A stretch of DNA of 64,000 bases, taken from positions 100,068,001-100,132,000 of the forward strand of contig OX597814.1 in the NCBI GenBank assembly GCA_951406725.2, in the 5' to 3' direction. The notes beneath the pieces are model-generated. The model was not told where the DNA came from. It was given only the letters and a program-made list of their open reading frames with translations, and did not search any database. Both the position numbers and the translations under genes were made by a program. Each line of letters starts with the position of its first letter. The first letter of the stretch is position 1. The DNA comes from Octopus vulgaris (Eukaryota). Shown piece by piece: positions 59,100 through 64,000 of this stretch.

Positions 59100-59340
59100 C
59101 TTCTACAGTGGCCAATGAAACAGAGGGCCTAAACAAAGTACTTCAAAGCTTCTAAAGAGTCAACTGTCGTACTAGAAATAGCTCGAGAATGTATTTCAGT
59201 CAATTCGAATACTAATCTTTAAAAACAAAGGAATGTTTGAAGAACAATTAGTCATAGCCATATAAAGAAAATGAACACGCAAGGCTGGAACGGTTTCGTC
59301 ATAGTGATACTTGTTGATCAGGGGCGACTCGGGACATAGG
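59100..59340 (+). pseudogene. Possible decayed LINE (RTE-like) RT N-terminal fragment
   Basis: EEQLVIAI / KKMNT / KAG in shifted frames. Confidence 0.3.
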
Positions 59341-59858
59341 AACGACAATAGCAAACAGTGCCTGAAAACTGATGTGACACTTAGGAATTTAAAAGTACAG
59401 AAATGGGCAAATTTATGAAAGAAAGAGAGCAAGAGCGAGGCCAGGGTTTTATGTTTATATGTTGGCATTTCGAAGTAAATGATTGCCAACAGCCGTTTTC
59501 TACCGAAAGTGAATGGTAGTAAAGAGAATTGGAATGGGGGGGGGCATTAAGATTTGAAACAGACGTCAATAAATCAGGTTTAACTGTCACAGGCAGATCA
59601 AACACTATACGAGATTCCGGAAACATTTCACGTAATAATACATAGAAGTATATGACGCTCTATGTATAAACAGACACACATTCACCTGCAGTGATTGTGT
59701 GTGTGAGTGTGTGTGTGTATGCGTATGTAAATATATAAGTATAAATCTGTACATACGTAAATCTTTTGCATATGTAAGTGTATATATGTATGTATATCTA
59801 TCTATTCTCTCTCTCTTTCTTTCTCTCACTCTCTCTCTCTCTATCTGTCTGTGTATAC

Positions 59859-59956
<98 letters not shown>

Positions 59957-60248
59957 ATAAACACATACATATAAACCTGCATGCGTATTACTCTAATACA
60001 GAGTACGTAAAATTGTTTTACAGGTATATATTATTTGTTTTTAGCAAATTAATTTTTTTTCCGAATCTCGTCGGGTGATAAATAAATGAAAGAAAAAAAC
60101 TGTTAAAATGGCTGTTCCACAATGCAACTTTCTGTTTTGTAGAGAGAAAAACAGCCAGACAGAGGAAAATTCTTCATATATATAGAAGATCCCAAAATAA
60201 AATTGCAGAAGGCAGAAAGAGAAACGAAAACTTAATACAGAGAGAGAT

Positions 60249-60287
<39 letters not shown>

Positions 60288-60839
60288 TTCTTTTATTATT
60301 TTATACGTTTCAGCCCTAAATCAGTGACCATGCTGGAGCACAACCGGTGTTATCACCTCTTCAACGGCTAATCTTATGTTACTGGCTTTTGGTGAACGAG
60401 GGAGATCGACACGGCCGCTTTCCTCCGAGTTCCCTGCCTTGATATAGATTCGTTTGGAACCTTGGATAGCAGCAGGTCAAGTTGCATATATATATGTTCA
60501 TACAAAAAAAATCAAACTGCTTCCGTGACTCATAGCCATTTCAGTGACCGCGTGACCACTTCCGGAAGCTACGTTCGCTACCTGCAATTAGTCCCCACCC
60601 CGGGTTCCCCCTACCCCATTTAGTCGAACAAATAAATACAGGATTAATGATGACTTGATTGAAATCGGATGCATTTTTTAAAAACTCACTTTTATCTATA
60701 TTTATCATGTTTAGTATGTGTTAAAGTGTATATTTTTTTAATTTTGTTCATAATTATATTTTCACTCCTGTTGGACCCTTCTTATTTTCCATGAGAGCTT
60801 TTTTTCTATTTGGCAGCAATCATTTTCATTACCTCCATC

Positions 60840-61110
60840 CCCAAGAAGGAACAATCATTTAGCTGAGCTTAAAGAAGACATTTAGTTAGCTGTACAGAAG
60901 CTAACACCTGAAATGCCCCAAAATGTGTTTCGCACCGCTAAGGAGAGATTTGAAGTATGCAGGAATACAGACAGGTTGAAAACTTTCAATAAAAGTTTGA
61001 CGTAAGATTATAAATCTATTCGTTTTGGTAATAAACATAAAATTTTGACAGTTTATTTTTAAAATTTACTCAATTCCATTGAAACACAGTTAATTCTGAA
61101 ACACCCCGTA
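60840..61110 (+). mobile_element. Tc1/mariner-superfamily 3' fragment with TIR-like end
   Basis: LAELKEDI*LAVQKLTPEMPQNVFRTAKERFEVC; end AATTCTGAAACACCCCG|TA. Confidence 0.5.
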
Positions 61111-61797
61111 TGGTGTAGCGTTGTTAGTTGTTGTGTTGCTTAGGTAAATATTAAAATCAAAGGTCTTCTCGCCATAAATATCCAATTTTTCAGTTGAGCA
61201 TATTGTAGTATATAGTAGTATATAAGGAGTATATCATCCAACTTGTAGCTCTCCTTTATAGGCGTGGCTGTGTGGTGAGAAGTTTGCTTTCCAACCATGA
61301 CGCCTTGGATTCAGTCCCACTGTGCGGCACGCTGGACAATTCTCTTTCATTACGGCTCTGTACTGACCAAAGCCTTGTGTGTTTTATAGTTTCCATTACT
61401 GTATTGATATGTAAAATAACACGTACAACTCATTTAGTATTGTCATATAAGAAACAAACAGAACTGAGTGTATGTAATTGATATTTTTTCTACTTCAAAT
61501 ATTACATTTTTTCCGCATATAATGCACACCTACAGGAGGAGTACATCTACATATATAATAACATTTTGAATATGGCTCCCGAAAAAGAGTAAAAGATGAA
61601 AACAGGTGTATGAACAACAAGCAAGAGTATTTGTTTGACGCTCCGGAAAAATGTAAAAACCTTTTACGCTTCGAGCCTACGCTCTTCAACAGGAAGGAAT
61701 AAGAGAAAATAAACAAATAGAGAATGATAAAATCTTCAGCGATCCATCTGTCCACACACACACATATATACATATAAATATATATACATATATATAA

Positions 61798-62433
61798 ATA
61801 TGTAAACATAATCAAAAAGGGTAATAACATAAGTGATTATTACCAGTGGCCTAGCCACAAAAGACGAATTAGTCATTAGACAAAATATTATTCATATAGA
61901 AATATAATAAAAGGCTTCCAAATAAGGAAGCTTAGTGCTAGAGACACAAAGAGGGATAAATTCATGGAAAGAATGAAAATCAAAAACATTTACCATTAAA
62001 GATATATCCCAGACTGATCAGTTTCTACCTCTTTCTAGCAAAACAGACTTAATGTGTTTGCCAAGGTTCGTCAGTGGGAAGCCTTCTTAATCCTAGATAC
62101 ACAGAGCGTTAGAGCACATGTAGATCTAACGGTTTGTATATCTTAACTTTTCAAACCTCCGCGCAGACGCAAAACATACCCGGCGACAGAGAGCATGCCG
62201 GTAAAAAAAATGTTACAATTTATCAAGTAATATGTAAACATAATCAAAAAGGGTAATAACATAGCCTTGGCTAACACATTCTGTCTGTTTTGCTAGAAAG
62301 AGGTAGAAACTGATCAGTCTGGGATATATCTTTAATGGTAAATGTTTTTGATTTTCATTCTTTCCATGAATTTATCCCTCTTTGTGTCTCTAGCACTAAG
62401 CTTCCTTATTTGGAAGCCTTTTATTATATTTAT
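61798..62433 (-). mobile_element. Penelope-like terminal structure: ~148-bp essentially perfect inverted arms (~61901-62048 / 62283-62430) plus a ~34-bp direct repeat (~61798 and ~62229)
   Basis: Arms read as exact reverse complements; TATGTAAACATAATCAAAAAGGGTAATAACATA is duplicated; flanked by TA tracts. Confidence 0.85.
62007..62079 (-). ncRNA. Type-I hammerhead ribozyme with canonical core
   Basis: TCCCA|CTGACGA|ACCT-tggcaaa..tttgcta-gaaag-AGGT|A|GAA|ACTGATCAGT|C|TGGGA; GUC cleavage triplet. Confidence 0.8.
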
Positions 62434-62453
62434 ATATATAAATATGTATGTAT

Positions 62454-62559
<106 letters not shown>

Positions 62560-62699
62560 GCATTCATATATATACATATGTATATGTATATAAGTATATA
62601 AGTATATATGTATATATATATATATATGTGTGTGTGTATACGTATGCATGTATGTGTATGTATGTATGCTAAAAGGATCAAAATCGAATTCCAACCTTA

Positions 62700-62892
62700 A
62701 TATATTCCACCCCACCAACCTGTATGGGACACCGCTTCGTCGACGGATTAGCCATTTCTCGAAGCTGAATGGACTGGAGTAACGTGTAACTGTTTTTGTC
62801 AAGATCTCAACGCATTGCTCGGTCCAGTAATCGAAGCAAGTATCTTATGATCATAAATACAAAACCATAACCATGTAACCCACATGTCTTCA
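62700..62892 (-). mobile_element. SINE family B, degenerate
   Basis: AGCTGAATGGACTGGAGTAACGTG..TCAAGA..CGGTCCAGTAATCGAA. Confidence 0.7.
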
Positions 62893-63259
62893 CACAGCCA
62901 TGTGTAATGCATGTTTATTAAATATATGCATGTGACTTTGCGACAAACGCTGCTTCAAATTCTTTTCACTACTTAATACTTTTCGTCAATGAATGCAGTG
63001 TTACACAAATTAAAAAATAAAAATGAAATCTTAGTGTCAATTTTCAATATTATATTTCATACAAGGCTCTAAGCATTTACGCCAGAGGCTCTTTCGCTTA
63101 GGATAGGTAGAAGTAAATTTTCCTCACAGGATGATAATATATCCGTCTAATTAGTAGAGCTTATAACGGTTTAATTCTGGTCTACAGGGAAAGATCTGTG
63201 GTTTAACAACTGAAACTATTAAACGATTAGTGCACAAGTATGTAACTGTGTGTGTTTCG

Positions 63260-63309
<50 letters not shown>

Positions 63310-63370
63310 GTGTGTGTATGTATGTATATACACATATACATATATATACAATATATATATATATAAATAC

Positions 63371-63424
<54 letters not shown>

Positions 63425-63532
63425 GTATATATATATATATATATATCTCCTTTTTGATATATATATACATATATATATATTGTATATGTATATGTATATG
63501 TATATATACATACATACACACACACACATATC

Positions 63533-64000
63533 AAAAAGGAGATCTCACGGAGAGTAAAGGCCGGATGGAAGGTGTTCAATGGCATAAGGGATGTGCTCAA
63601 GGGAAGGTTGGACAGGACCACCCGCGCCAACCTCATTAACAGTGCAGTTCTGCCTGCAATGTTATATGGTAGTGAAACATGGGCTACCACAAAGAGGGAA
63701 GAGCAAAGACTGGTAACGGCTCAGAGAGCCATGGAAAAGTCAATGCTTGGTATCTCGTTGAGAGAGCACATAAGTAGCAAGATCATCAGAAAGAAGTCCG
63801 GCGTGAGATATATCATCGCAGAGTATACACGCAGCAAGTATAGATGGGCTGGACACGTCGCCCGGCTCACCGATAATCGGTGAACGCACGCAGTAATCGA
63901 GTGGTACCCGCGTGAGCGGAAAAGACCACTCGGAAGACCTCCACGACGGTGGAGTTACGATTTCAGGAGGACGAGATTGGGATCACGTGGATGAGAAAGG
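63533..64000 (+). mobile_element. 5'-truncated RTE LINE, same family as 41793-42650; runs off the window
   Basis: ORF 63572-63883 is near-identical to part of ORF 41958-42611. Confidence 0.93.

Noticed and set aside
63060-63240. Possible further hammerhead element (GGAT..ATCC, CTAATTAGTA)
   Set aside because: Core nucleotides are missing; too degenerate to support

Overview
AT-rich, extremely microsatellite-dense animal DNA. The SINE, LINE and microsatellite complement points to a coleoid cephalopod (Octopus-like); this assignment is my inference. I found no intact host gene, and almost all ORF-track entries are translations of simple repeats (TA, CA, TACA, GATA, TAA, TAC). Recognisable content: (i) three tRNA-type SINE families in many copies; (ii) R4/Dong-clade RLE retrotransposon relics, including a cluster inside a (TAA)n array at 19.4-23.4 kb with an apparent 5'-inverted (twin-primed) copy; (iii) RTE LINE relics, one with a perfect 15-bp TSD; (iv) Tc1, mariner and maT-like transposon relics and non-autonomous Helitrons; (v) a heavily decayed cadherin-repeat pseudogene (about 55.5-58.1 kb) split by a mariner. 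The most striking signal is a set of sequence-unrelated short elements, mostly in (TA)n tracts and many of them foldbacks. They carry minimal type-I hammerhead ribozyme motifs with palindromic stem III (Penelope-like architecture), including one intact canonical copy (62007-62079) and one with a G3-C8 swapped core (416-464). All alignments, translations and folds were done by eye.
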